Source: Candidatus Thorarchaeota archaeon (GTDB taxonomy: Archaea; Asgardarchaeota; Heimdallarchaeia; Hodarchaeales; Hodarchaeaceae). From it: a stretch of DNA of 32,000 nt. The position numbers were made by a program, and so were the translations under genes. The stretch lies in NCBI GenBank assembly GCA_048882505.1, contig JBHLRO010000007.1, forward strand, positions 1 through 32,000, in the 5' to 3' direction. Below, piece after piece: positions 9,569 through 18,895 of the stretch; the stretch's first letter is position 1; the number at the start of each line of letters is the position of its first letter. The notes beneath the pieces are model-generated. The model had not been told where the DNA came from. It saw nothing but the letters and a program-made list of their open reading frames with translations, and made no database searches.

Positions 9569-9652
9569 TGTACAAACGTCAAGGGCCTGTCTTCAGTGTT
9601 TTCCATCCAGATGTCGGAGGATAAACGGCTGGAGCAGGATGCTGCGTTCTAA
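9569..9652 (+). repeat. smc 3'-end repeat, copy 3
   Basis: 76/84 identical to copy 0; translates CTNVKGLSSVFSIQMSEDKRLEQDAAF* with stop changed TGA to TAA. Confidence 0.95.
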
Positions 9653-10141
9653 AAACGCTGAAAAAGATAAGGAGAAGAGTTATTTTCGAATTTGAGTTAA
9701 AGAGATCTGGAATATCGTGGAGGAAGTCCGAATGGGATGGGCGGAGACGGGATGCGGGATATTGAATACCCAGATTGGCATAAATCCTTTATCAGCGGTT
9801 AGAAGCACGTGATACGGAGCCTCGTATTTTGTGAAGCCATCGAAACCGTATTTCCAAAGGTAAACCTGTTTGGTCTTTTACAATTTCATCTTTTTCATTT
9901 AAATCGGTACTCATTGCGATCTTTCCATAACCTACAATTTTTAATGCAGTAAAAATATTTTCAACCATGTACTAAGAACATGGGATTAAAGCCGGGATAC
10001 AAAGAACGAAAAAGCCACGTCCTCCCCTAATCTGATACATACTATCAGAAAACCTCGGTAATGATAACCTGGGGTTTTGAAGCTTGAATACCTTTATCGT
10101 GGTATTAAAAGAATATCAAGACAACTGAAGGGTACCGTACA

Positions 10142-11317
10142 TTGCCAATATTTACATCTGAAGTAACCTGGGCTATCGTGATACGATTAGTAGTCTTGGT
10201 AGGCGAACTTGCATTAATATACATCGTTGCACGGAAGTACTTGAGATCAGACTATTCTCGGATTTTAATCATTCTGTTATTAGCGTTAATTGCCAATCTT
10301 GTTTCCAATGGGTTAAGTTTTAGCGCCTTATTTATTTCCGAAGCAGACCAAAGTTTATTCCATTACATAGAGACCTTGGATTTTTTGAGTATTATTCTCT
10401 CGCTTTACTTTTTTCTCTTAATCTTTGAATATTTTGAATACGAAACCCTACTTACTCAACAACAGCTGATTGGAACCGTTTTAACAACCGTTACAACTAT
10501 CTTTATCCTTTATGCGATGCCCCAAGAAAACTGGTTAATCAATGAACAGTTGTATTTCCAAAGCCTTGATTCTCCCATTCTGGTTTTCTTAAACCTATTC
10601 GGTGCTATATTAGGGGTTTTTATGATAAGAACTCTACGTAGAGGTTTGAAGGACGTCTGGATTACTCAGAGAGAACAAATAATTACAATGATTGTAAGTG
10701 TTTGTATAATTTCGTTCATTCCGTCCCTGTTTTCATTATTAGTACTCTTTTCCGCTGACCAAGTTTCCTTAATTGTGGAACCATTAGTAAGAGGAGCAAT
10801 ACTAATAGGTTATATAATTTTGGCAATTTCCTTTGGTAAAACAAATCATTACAGCCAATATAATCGACGAAAAGCAGATAAGGTCCTTGTAACAAACCTA
10901 AGTGGGATCCCGCTTTTTCATTATGATTTTAAAGAAAATGTTCATTACATAAATGAAACGCTATTTTCCGGAGCTGTAGTAGCAATCACTATGCTAATGT
11001 CAGAATCCATTAAGTCTCCATCTCCGATTGCAGAGGTATTGATGAAGAACAAATATCGGTTAATGTTAGAAACACATGCATCCTTTATTGCCTTAGTTCT
11101 GACGCCACAAGCTAATTCCTACCTTAGAGATTCGATAGAACGATTTGCGCTAGCTTTTGATCAAAAATTTTCTTCAATCATAACTTCAGGAGAGGTTTTA
11201 GACCTTAATCTTTTCGTTAAATCGGGGCTTGGAGTATTGTTTGAAAATTTCGGAATATCTACTGCCAACGTCAAGGAAATAGCAGCAGTTTTAACGTTTG
11301 AAGAGGTAATAACGTAA
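10142..11317 (+). CDS. Multi-pass (about 7 TM) membrane protein with C-terminal longin-like domain
   Basis: About 7 hydrophobic helices in the first ~230 aa, then KVLVTNLSGIPLFHYDF...LFSGAVVAITMLMSE...FALAFDQKF, a longin-like pattern; TTG start. Confidence 0.7.
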   Translation: MPIFTSEVTWAIVIRLVVLVGELALIYIVARKYLRSDYSRILIILLLALIANLVSNGLSFSALFISEADQSLFHYIETLDFLSIILSLYFFLLIFEYFEYETLLTQQQLIGTVLTTVTTIFILYAMPQENWLINEQLYFQSLDSPILVFLNLFGAILGVFMIRTLRRGLKDVWITQREQIITMIVSVCIISFIPSLFSLLVLFSADQVSLIVEPLVRGAILIGYIILAISFGKTNHYSQYNRRKADKVLVTNLSGIPLFHYDFKENVHYINETLFSGAVVAITMLMSESIKSPSPIAEVLMKNKYRLMLETHASFIALVLTPQANSYLRDSIERFALAFDQKFSSIITSGEVLDLNLFVKSGLGVLFENFGISTANVKEIAAVLTFEEVIT

Positions 11318-11385
11318 GATACCATGTCTTGGTATATAACACCAGTATGATTCGAGCTAATTTTAGAGTAAACGGACCGAGCCAG

Positions 11386-12228
11386 ATGAAAAAGATTAAC
11401 TCAAATATTATATATGGTACTGCCTGGAAAGAAGAAAAAACCGAGCCATTAACCTTAAATGCACTTATGGCAGGATTTAACTCAATCGATACTGCTAATC
11501 AACGTAAACACTATAACGAAGAAGGGGTGGGGAACGGCATACGTACTTTTATAAGAGCAACAGGAACAACCCGAGATGAATTATTTATTCAAACGAAATT
11601 TACCTACAAAGAAGGTCAAGATCACCGTTTGCCTTTTGACCCTAACGCTGACCCAGCGACCCAAGTTAAACAGTCGTTTTATAGTTCATTAGAACATCTC
11701 CAAATCGATTATATTGACTCATACCTGTTACATGGGCCCTCAACACGTTTTGGAATATCTGAGCTTGATTGGGGGGTCTGGACAACGATGGAGGAATTAA
11801 TCTCGGAAGGAAAAGTTAACCATTTAGGTATTAGCAATGTTAATGCTGAACAACTGAAGATTTTATTTGAAAAGATAGGGATTAAACCGTCTTTTGTCCA
11901 AAATCGTTGCTTTGCGAGACTTGGATGGGACAATAAAGTTCGTGAAATATGCAAAAACAATAATATCATTTATCAAGGATTCTCGTTACTAACCGCCAAT
12001 CGAGAGGTATTAACCCATCCTAGATTAGTACAAATGAGTAAAACAATAAATAAAACAATTCCGCAGATAATTTTTAGTTTTGCTCGACAAATTGGCATTT
12101 TACCCTTAACAGGAACAACTAATCGGAAACATATGGAAGAAGACCTCGAAAGCGTGAATATAACGCTTACAAAAGAACAGGTTGATAGTCTTACAAACGT
12201 TTCAATTGAAAGATCCCTTGATTATTGA
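11386..12228 (+). CDS. Aldo/keto reductase (likely start MKKINS at 11386; ORF track starts at 11329)
   Basis: YGTAW, IDTA-x4-Y, ELFIQTK, SLEHLQIDYIDSYLLHGP, LGISN, ILPLTGTTN motifs. Confidence 0.9.
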   Translation: MKKINSNIIYGTAWKEEKTEPLTLNALMAGFNSIDTANQRKHYNEEGVGNGIRTFIRATGTTRDELFIQTKFTYKEGQDHRLPFDPNADPATQVKQSFYSSLEHLQIDYIDSYLLHGPSTRFGISELDWGVWTTMEELISEGKVNHLGISNVNAEQLKILFEKIGIKPSFVQNRCFARLGWDNKVREICKNNNIIYQGFSLLTANREVLTHPRLVQMSKTINKTIPQIIFSFARQIGILPLTGTTNRKHMEEDLESVNITLTKEQVDSLTNVSIERSLDY

Positions 12229-12263
12229 AAATACCCCTTCTTCCCAGAATTTGGTATCTAGTA

Positions 12264-12347
12264 ATAACAAGCATCAAAGGTTTATCTTCTGTCTCTTCGA
12301 TCCAAATGGCGGAGAATCATTGCTGGGAAAGAGATGCTGTCTTCTGA
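12264..12347 (+). repeat. smc 3'-end repeat, copy 4 (decayed, full length)
   Basis: About 59/84 identical without gaps; translates ITSIKGLSSVSSIQMAENHCWERDAVF*. Confidence 0.85.
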
Positions 12348-12456
12348 GGAAAGCTAAAGAGCCAAGCAAATGAGCAAGAAGAAATGAAAGTCAAACGAGG
12401 CAGTTCAAGGAGATTCGAAGAATATTATAGTCCGTAGGGCTATTTTGCTACAAGGA

Positions 12457-12930
12457 TTATCCTTTTCTCAATATTACTTCTACGATCTCTTTGCCTCGTG
12501 CATTAGCATAATACTTATCGTACCCGATAACGGAAAAACCACACTTCTCTAGAACTCTTATCGATCTACTGTTATCTTTAGCTGCCCGCGCGTAAATAGG
12601 ACGAACTTCCACTTCATCCAGGAATAATTGAACTGCTTGACCTGCAATTCCTCTTCCCCAGTAGTCTCTATCAATCCAGTAAGTTATCTCAGGACGATCA
12701 AAAAGGACAAATTTTGCTACGTGACCTATAATGCTCCCTTCGTAATAAATAGTTCTAGCAATTATGTCCTTATCGGACAACAAACGATTCCAATGGTTAT
12801 CAAATGATTTTCTATTTGAAGGGTCTTCAGGAATAAACGCAGCCATATACTGGGCTTTTTTATCCTGCATATGTTGGAAAAAAAAGTCCAGATCGGAGGT
12901 TTTTACCTTCTTTAGTCTTATTTCAACCAA
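12457..12930 (-). CDS. GNAT N-acetyltransferase, RimJ/RimL family
   Basis: EITYWIDRDYWGRGIA acetyl-CoA motif and N-x-x-SIRVLEKCGF. Confidence 0.9.
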   Translation of the reverse strand: MVEIRLKKVKTSDLDFFFQHMQDKKAQYMAAFIPEDPSNRKSFDNHWNRLLSDKDIIARTIYYEGSIIGHVAKFVLFDRPEITYWIDRDYWGRGIAGQAVQLFLDEVEVRPIYARAAKDNSRSIRVLEKCGFSVIGYDKYYANARGKEIVEVILRKG

Positions 12931-13254
12931 GATAGATCCTTATCCTGTCTATTAACTTATTTCCTAATCGTTGTAGGAGAATGAAAAAATGTAATAGTAG
13001 CTTTGTCTTGTTCAGCTACACCTTTTCGAACAATGGATACTCTCTTGCTACTATTATTGATGATTCTAGGGCTAGAGTTCACCCCTTAACGTTGGCAGAT
13101 ACCCTTTTTGACAAAAGATAGTTTGAAGATCGTAGTATGAACGGTTGGAGAGGGATATTACATTCTGATAGGCTTCAGAGGCATAAAAAACTGTTATTTT
13201 TGAGCTTAAGTTAAGGTGAATCCCAATTTACAATCGAGCACATAGATCGCCGAA

Positions 13255-14184
13255 TTAAGGTTGAAAATCCTCATGATTTATTCCGCAACGAACCCCCTGG
13301 TTTTCTATTTGATAGGCGTAAGCCATACGAGGGGTATTAAACGCCAATCCAATTGCAGCAGAGGTTAAGACAATTATGCCCCCCAATCCTTTTACTTTAA
13401 GATCCAAATCATGGACTGTTAGACTAGCGGCCTCTTGGGCTGAGGAGCCAGCTTTGATGTATTGAATGCATTTATTTGTTGCCAAGATTCGGATTAAATC
13501 TTCGCCGTACCCCGTTGCTGCAGCCCCACCAATCCCCTTTTCCACGTACGCGCCAGAGCCCCATAAAGGAGTATCGCCAACACGACCAGCTCGTTTGTAC
13601 GGAGTACCTCCAGTCGACACTGCCACGCAGAAACTCCCAGCTTGATCAAGGCAGACACAGCCTACTGTTCCGTGGCGATCTGGTCTCCCTTTGTTTCTAA
13701 AGGCATCTTTAGGTTGATAATGCTTCTTCTCTTTAATCGAATGGTATCTCTCTAACTCTCGCCCAATCAAAAGATCTTGAGGTTGAACCTCAGGAACACC
13801 CATTTCTTGCGCGAAAAGATTAGCTCCTTTCCCTACGAGCATTATATGATCAGTTTTTTCCATTACAAGGCGAGCCACCTTGACAGGGTTAGTAACATTC
13901 TGAATTGCAGCGACAGAGCCGATCTTATAATCATCTGTCGCAATAATGGCATCCATTTCTACTTCAGCAATTTGGTTGACAAATGATCCTTTACCTGCGT
14001 CAAAGGTTGGATTTTTTTCCATTAGCGTGATGGCGTGTTCTGCAGCATCGAGAGCAATCCCATCTCCATCCTCCAAAATTTCACTTGCCTCAACGCATGC
14101 CCTTCTAACTCCCTTTACATGGGCATCAACAAGATTCTCTGGAATATTCCACGCACCTCCGTGGATAATTACACCATACCTCAT
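13255..14184 (-). CDS. iaaA: Isoaspartyl peptidase / L-asparaginase (Ntn-hydrolase)
   Basis: IIHGGAW, FDAGKGS, EMDA, autocleavage site HG|TVGCV, STGG, GRVGDTP, TGYGE motifs. Confidence 0.9.
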   Translation of the reverse strand: MRYGVIIHGGAWNIPENLVDAHVKGVRRACVEASEILEDGDGIALDAAEHAITLMEKNPTFDAGKGSFVNQIAEVEMDAIIATDDYKIGSVAAIQNVTNPVKVARLVMEKTDHIMLVGKGANLFAQEMGVPEVQPQDLLIGRELERYHSIKEKKHYQPKDAFRNKGRPDRHGTVGCVCLDQAGSFCVAVSTGGTPYKRAGRVGDTPLWGSGAYVEKGIGGAAATGYGEDLIRILATNKCIQYIKAGSSAQEAASLTVHDLDLKVKGLGGIIVLTSAAIGLAFNTPRMAYAYQIENQGVRCGINHEDFQP

Positions 14185-14221
14185 TCAATACACTTCTTTG
14201 ATATTCGAAAATTAGGGTCTT

Positions 14222-14269
14222 GATCAGATTTCAGTGAATCAGAGGCTGGAAGGGGGCGTATCCTTCTGA
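14222..14269 (+). repeat. smc 3'-end repeat, copy 5 (3'-half remnant)
   Basis: About 32/49 identical to 4328-4376 with one gap; ends TTCTGA; shares AGGCTGGAA with copy 1; intergenic. Confidence 0.55.
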
Positions 14270-14307
14270 GAAGAAAAGGAGAAGTCACAAGATGGAGAAC
14301 CCCCCAG

Positions 14308-15432
14308 TTAGATTTCCGTGAAGCTGTCAACTGTCTCTTGGTCCAATCTTTTTAGGATTTCAATTATCAGGGTGATTGCCTTATTAACATCAGCTAGATC
14401 TAAGATCCCGTTGTGGGAATGAATATGGCGTGTGGGAACTCCCAATACTATCGATGGACACCCTGACCCCGTTATGTGGATTATTCCTGCATCAGTTCCT
14501 CCACCCATCACGACTGAAGCTTGATAGTCAATCCCTATTTCTTTCGCAACATCGATAATAAAATGACGTAATCGAGGGTTCGGAATCATTGTCGCATCTC
14601 CTGCAAGTATAGATACCCCTTTTGACATCTCAGCGGGAGCTTTCAATTTTTCGACCCCCGGAACATCACTGGAAATATCCACTTCTAAGGCAACTCCTAA
14701 ATCGGGATTTATGGTCTGAGCTGCTGTTCGTGCCCCCCGTAGTCCTACTTCTTCTTGGACAGTTGCTACCCCAAATATCTGATTCGGGTGTGAAACATTT
14801 CCTTCCTTAATTTTCCTTACTACTTCTGCTGCGATAAATGCTCCGATTCTGTCATCAAATGCTTTTCCAACTGCCAAAGTTGTTTTTCTCTCTTTTTCTT
14901 TGCCGTTATTATCTTTCTCAATCTGAATTCGTTCCAATAGTTCAAATTTGGAATCAGGTGTAATCGGATCACCTATTTGAATTCCAAGATTCTCAATTTC
15001 CTTTTTACTTTTACAACCTACATCGATGAACATTTTTTCTTTTGTAACAACTTTTTTCCTTGTTTCAGGATCAAGAACATGGGGAGGAGGGGCAGTAATT
15101 ATTCCACGGTAGGTTTTTCCATTCCTGTTTCGAACTAACACCCTTTGCGTGAGTAAGGATTGGTCCCACCATCCTCCTATTTGATGAAAGGTCAGATATC
15201 CCAGATCGTTTATTCCTGTCACCAACATTCCTATTTCATCTATATGGCCCGCAAGCATAATTTTGGGACCTGTGTTCCCAATTTTAAAAATCAAGGAACC
15301 TGTTTTATCTTTGAATACTTCATCGGAAAATTTACTGACATATTCCTTGATAATTCTTGATACTTCAATTTCATGCCCTGGAGGTCCAAATGCGTTACTC
15401 AACTTCTCTAAAAAAGGTATTTCAATGTCCAT
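14308..15432 (-). CDS. M42 family metallo-aminopeptidase (TET/FrvX-like)
   Basis: LAGHIDEIG, GKAFDDRIG, QEEVGLRGA, GGTDAG, RHIHSH motifs. Confidence 0.93.
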   Translation of the reverse strand: MDIEIPFLEKLSNAFGPPGHEIEVSRIIKEYVSKFSDEVFKDKTGSLIFKIGNTGPKIMLAGHIDEIGMLVTGINDLGYLTFHQIGGWWDQSLLTQRVLVRNRNGKTYRGIITAPPPHVLDPETRKKVVTKEKMFIDVGCKSKKEIENLGIQIGDPITPDSKFELLERIQIEKDNNGKEKERKTTLAVGKAFDDRIGAFIAAEVVRKIKEGNVSHPNQIFGVATVQEEVGLRGARTAAQTINPDLGVALEVDISSDVPGVEKLKAPAEMSKGVSILAGDATMIPNPRLRHFIIDVAKEIGIDYQASVVMGGGTDAGIIHITGSGCPSIVLGVPTRHIHSHNGILDLADVNKAITLIIEILKRLDQETVDSFTEI

Positions 15433-15674
15433 CTGATTCTTTCTCCATTTTACGGATTCTATTTAGAATGTAAGTTGGTGAAAGGTGTAAAAGAAAAAGA
15501 TTGTGATGGGGTGAGATCACCAAATTATTACTTGATCTGGTCTCTCTACGGAAAGGGAAATCGGACAAATTAATTCTGCTGCACCTTGCCGGCCAAACGT
15601 AAACAAACAAACCTCAGCCAAAATTCCATAAAGTAATAAATGCCTCCGCCGACGATATGCAGGGTTAGTAGATC

Positions 15675-16178
15675 ATGTCACCAAGTCCGACAAGCGACAA
15701 TGAAATATTAATGCATGAAAGGGTGGTCATAAAGCGTCGCCAGCTTTGGAAAAAACTGAAGGGTCCTGATTTTCAACCTGAATGGTTTATGACCAGGATT
15801 AAACCGCATATGTGGGCTATCGATGAAATTTATCGCCATATGCTTGGCTCTGAGATTTTTTATATTCATAGCAAATTTGGAGAAAGAAGGATTCGTGATG
15901 AATGGGCCGTAGGAGCCCAATGGGTTGGAGACAGGCACTTTGGCTTTAAAGAGAAGAGACATTATTCGAGAGAAGAGCTTTTTGAACTAACTGGGCCGGT
16001 GGAACAGAAATCACGGGATTGTCTCCAGGATTTGACAGAGAACGACCTCGGCACCCCTGTAATGGCTCCTTGGGGGGAAGAAATGACCTTTAGAGAGATA
16101 ATTCATCATTGTTTTGAACATGAACATCAGCATCGAGGCCAAATCCAATACCTCATTACGTATTTTAAACAACTTTAG
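15675..16178 (+). CDS. DinB-like family protein
   Basis: Upstream His (YRHM) and C-terminal HCFEHEHQHRGQI metal-binding motif. Confidence 0.8.
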   Translation: MSPSPTSDNEILMHERVVIKRRQLWKKLKGPDFQPEWFMTRIKPHMWAIDEIYRHMLGSEIFYIHSKFGERRIRDEWAVGAQWVGDRHFGFKEKRHYSREELFELTGPVEQKSRDCLQDLTENDLGTPVMAPWGEEMTFREIIHHCFEHEHQHRGQIQYLITYFKQL

Positions 16179-16294
16179 TGCCTTCGCGATACTTCATGCA
16201 AAATCCTTGGAATCCAGAACTATGATTCTCCACCATCATTAAAGGATTGTAATCTGTCATTTCCATTCGGATGTAGGAGGATCAAGCAAAAATG

Positions 16295-17371
16295 TTATCC
16301 TACGATTTTTCCGTGCATCATGATTTTAGTAGGAGGTTTTCTTATTATTTCTATATTCTTTCTGGGATCTTCTAGGAAGAATATTAAGTTTGCATCTGAT
16401 CCTTCCTCAATACCGTTTTCACCCAAGTAATTTCTTGGTATAGTTGTCGCAGTGGCTATAGCATCTTCAACGGAGAGCCCAAATTCATACATTTTAAGAA
16501 TTTCGTTTCCCACTGATCCGTGCGGAAGCATGTCCGTACCAGCCAAAAGAGTCAGATGATCGTTTGCCAAAGGAATAAGGTTTTTCATGTTATCGAGGAT
16601 AAAAGGAATTTGTTTATCCATTCCAGTATAATTTTTTAACAAATTGATAATCGAAAGAGTGGGAGTCCAAGCAATGCCTTTTTGTGCCATCTGATCCAAT
16701 TGGTTCTTCGATAAGTTGAACCCGTGCTCTAAAGTGTCTACTCCAGAATTTATAGCGAGTCGAACACCTTCCTTATTGGTTACGTGAACACCTACTCTAC
16801 CACCTGTTTTTTGAACTGCTTTCACTGTCTGGTGAACGTTTTCTTCAGCGAAATTTAATTGAGAATTTGAGAAATCTCCTCCCTTAGGAAAGTCAATAAT
16901 AATTTTTACCCATTGGAATCCGTCTTTTACCTGATTCACTGCCCTTTTCTCTAGGTTTTCACCCTTAACTGGATCAATGAAATCAAAATAGCCATATTTC
17001 GGGGCGAGGAATGACCCCGCTGAATGGACAATTGGTAGTCCATCATTTCGTGCGAGATTAAGTGTGCTAGATTCATTCACAGTTCCAATATCTCTTAATA
17101 ATAGCGTTCCTGATTCCAGGTGAGCTCTTCTATTTGCTTGCACCAATTCCTTACTTGCTGGATTTAGGTTAAAGTTATTGAAATCGATTGTTAGATGAAC
17201 ATGGGCATCCACAAGACCTGGTGCCACAAAAACGGGTTTTTCAAACAATAAAGGAGCATCCTGCTCTTCTTCAAACGTAATCTTGTTATTTACAACCCAA
17301 AACTCTGTGATTTCGTCATCGAAGGGAAGTTCATATGCTTTAATTCGAAAACCGTTGGATTCGCTTTTCAC
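16295..17371 (-). CDS. Amidohydrolase family protein
   Basis: PGLVDAHVHL (HxH), WVKI, VGVH, DTLEHG, AGTD, GIEEGSDANL motifs. Confidence 0.9.
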   Translation of the reverse strand: MKSESNGFRIKAYELPFDDEITEFWVVNNKITFEEEQDAPLLFEKPVFVAPGLVDAHVHLTIDFNNFNLNPASKELVQANRRAHLESGTLLLRDIGTVNESSTLNLARNDGLPIVHSAGSFLAPKYGYFDFIDPVKGENLEKRAVNQVKDGFQWVKIIIDFPKGGDFSNSQLNFAEENVHQTVKAVQKTGGRVGVHVTNKEGVRLAINSGVDTLEHGFNLSKNQLDQMAQKGIAWTPTLSIINLLKNYTGMDKQIPFILDNMKNLIPLANDHLTLLAGTDMLPHGSVGNEILKMYEFGLSVEDAIATATTIPRNYLGENGIEEGSDANLIFFLEDPRKNIEIIRKPPTKIMMHGKIVG

Positions 17372-17735
17372 CGCGACCTACAAACCCCTAATCAGCTAAT
17401 GAAGCACAATACACCTCAAGTTCCCTTGGCAGATTAGATTCCTGGATACTGAGGTATACATAAAATCATGCGATTCCCTCAGCTTTCTCCTATAGAAAGC
17501 CCCTCAGGCGATTATCGGAAAAAACCACTCTTCTCGAAAAAGAGCAGTTTTATTCCTTTTTCCCTATACTTCTGCGACTTAGATTTTTCGCCATTAGAGG
17601 GTCTTTCTCCTTGATAAACACCTCTGGAAGAGCGTTTGGTTCTAGCTAGGCTTGTAGAATATATCTTAGATGCCCAAAAACAGCCAAATCGAAAAACCTT
17701 GGCTAGTAAGTAAGAAGGGGTTCCATTGCGAGCCC

Positions 17736-17790
17736 TATGGCTGCCCAGACGTCAAATGCTTGTTCTTGTGTTTCCATCCCGATATCGGTG
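17736..17790 (+). repeat. smc 3'-end repeat, copy 6 (5'-part remnant)
   Basis: About 41/57 identical to smc 4287-4343 with two 1-nt gaps (TATGGCTGCCCAGACGTCAAATGCTTG...); intergenic. Confidence 0.65.
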
Positions 17791-18070
17791 TTTGGGTTTC
17801 CTTTCAATTACGGACTCATTGAGAGTCATAAGACGATTGGTAACTAAACAAAGAAGTTACTTTAGATTATAGAAAACTGAGAGTTCTAAGATTTGCACCA
17901 TTTCTGTGAATAAACACCGAATAAATCCTAAAGAAAAAGAAAAATTTTCTACAATAGGGTGAAACTTAGCCTCAGTCCATGATTGTTGGAATGAAACATG
18001 GAAGTATTATTTAAATATTCAAGAAAGGGGCATAGAACATTATTTATCGACTTTACTGGTACTCGCCTCA

Positions 18071-18895
18071 GTGGTGGATTTGCCTGAAAATCTGTTATTA
18101 GAGGTAATTTTGATCGTATTTTTCCTTCTTTTTGCTGGATTGGCTGGTGCCGTCGGAATAGGTGGAGGAGCTCTATTTACTCCGCTATTACTTATTATTG
18201 GAGGGTTTACAGTCTCGCAGGCCATTCCCATCGCTAGTGCTACAATTGTTGGGGTCGGATTAGCCTCGACAGTTGTGAATGCACAAGAACAAACCATTGA
18301 CTACAGATTAGCGATGACTCTAGAACCTTTTACTATTATCGGGACAATCGTTGGCGTTCAGGTCTTTCTCTACGTCCCAGAAAGTCTAATATTGTTTCTT
18401 TTTGTCATGCTTATGATCTTGCTATCATTTAGAACAGGTTTGAATGCATATAAACTAAAAAAGAACGTAAATCCCTTGAATGAGAACCTAATAGACACTG
18501 ACCATTCCACTCTCACCCCGAAAAAAACTGAATTTGCCATCATAGGATCCGTAGCTGCGGGAATGATCTCTTCGATCGTTGGAATAGGAGGAGGTCTAAT
18601 AAAGGTCCCCATGTTGAGTGAACTTGGGCTATCGACTAGAATTGCTAGCGGAACAGGAAGCTTCATGGTACTATTCACTTCGTTGTCGATTGCACTTCAA
18701 TTCATCGTGTTTAGTAGACTTGAACCGTTCCTGGGCATTGCATTCTTTTCAATGGGATTTTTGGGATCATTTCTAGGTACGTATATTTCTAGAAAAAGCG
18801 GCCAACCTTATTCCCTGCAGCTCCTATTAACATTAACGATAATCTTGTCTACGATTTTTATTGTTGGAGAATCCCTTTTAGGTTTAATGATGTAG
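18071..18895 (+). CDS. Sulfite exporter TauE/SafE family membrane protein
   Basis: Duplicated GIGGG motifs (GAVGIGGGALFTP; SIVGIGGGLIKVP), about 8 TM helices. Confidence 0.9.
   Translation: MVDLPENLLLEVILIVFFLLFAGLAGAVGIGGGALFTPLLLIIGGFTVSQAIPIASATIVGVGLASTVVNAQEQTIDYRLAMTLEPFTIIGTIVGVQVFLYVPESLILFLFVMLMILLSFRTGLNAYKLKKNVNPLNENLIDTDHSTLTPKKTEFAIIGSVAAGMISSIVGIGGGLIKVPMLSELGLSTRIASGTGSFMVLFTSLSIALQFIVFSRLEPFLGIAFFSMGFLGSFLGTYISRKSGQPYSLQLLLTLTIILSTIFIVGESLLGLMM

Larger units (their letters stand above)
4377..17790. mobile_element. Array of integrase-less cargo segments separated by copies of the smc 3' end (tandem integration array / cassette-like island)
   Basis: Direct repeats of the smc terminus at 5661, 8105, 9569, 12264, 14222 and 17736 delimit segments of about 1.3, 2.4, 1.4, 2.6, 1.9 and 3.5 kb with unrelated accessory genes. 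Mobility itself is inferred. Confidence 0.75.

Noticed and set aside
9660-9925. Interrupted minus-strand frames (MSTDLNEKDEIVKDQTGLPLEIRFRW...) just after copy 3
   Set aside because: Multiple stops and no family resemblance; could be a gene or integrase remnant, but I cannot support it.
4293-12347. Interpreting the 84-bp repeats as a CRISPR array
   Set aside because: Repeats are too long, spacers are kilobases of coding DNA, the repeat is smc coding sequence, and no cas genes are present.
4293-17790. Classical integron with attC sites
   Set aside because: No IntI gene; the repeats lack the RYYYAAC...GTTRRRY inverted architecture and are direct copies of a gene end.
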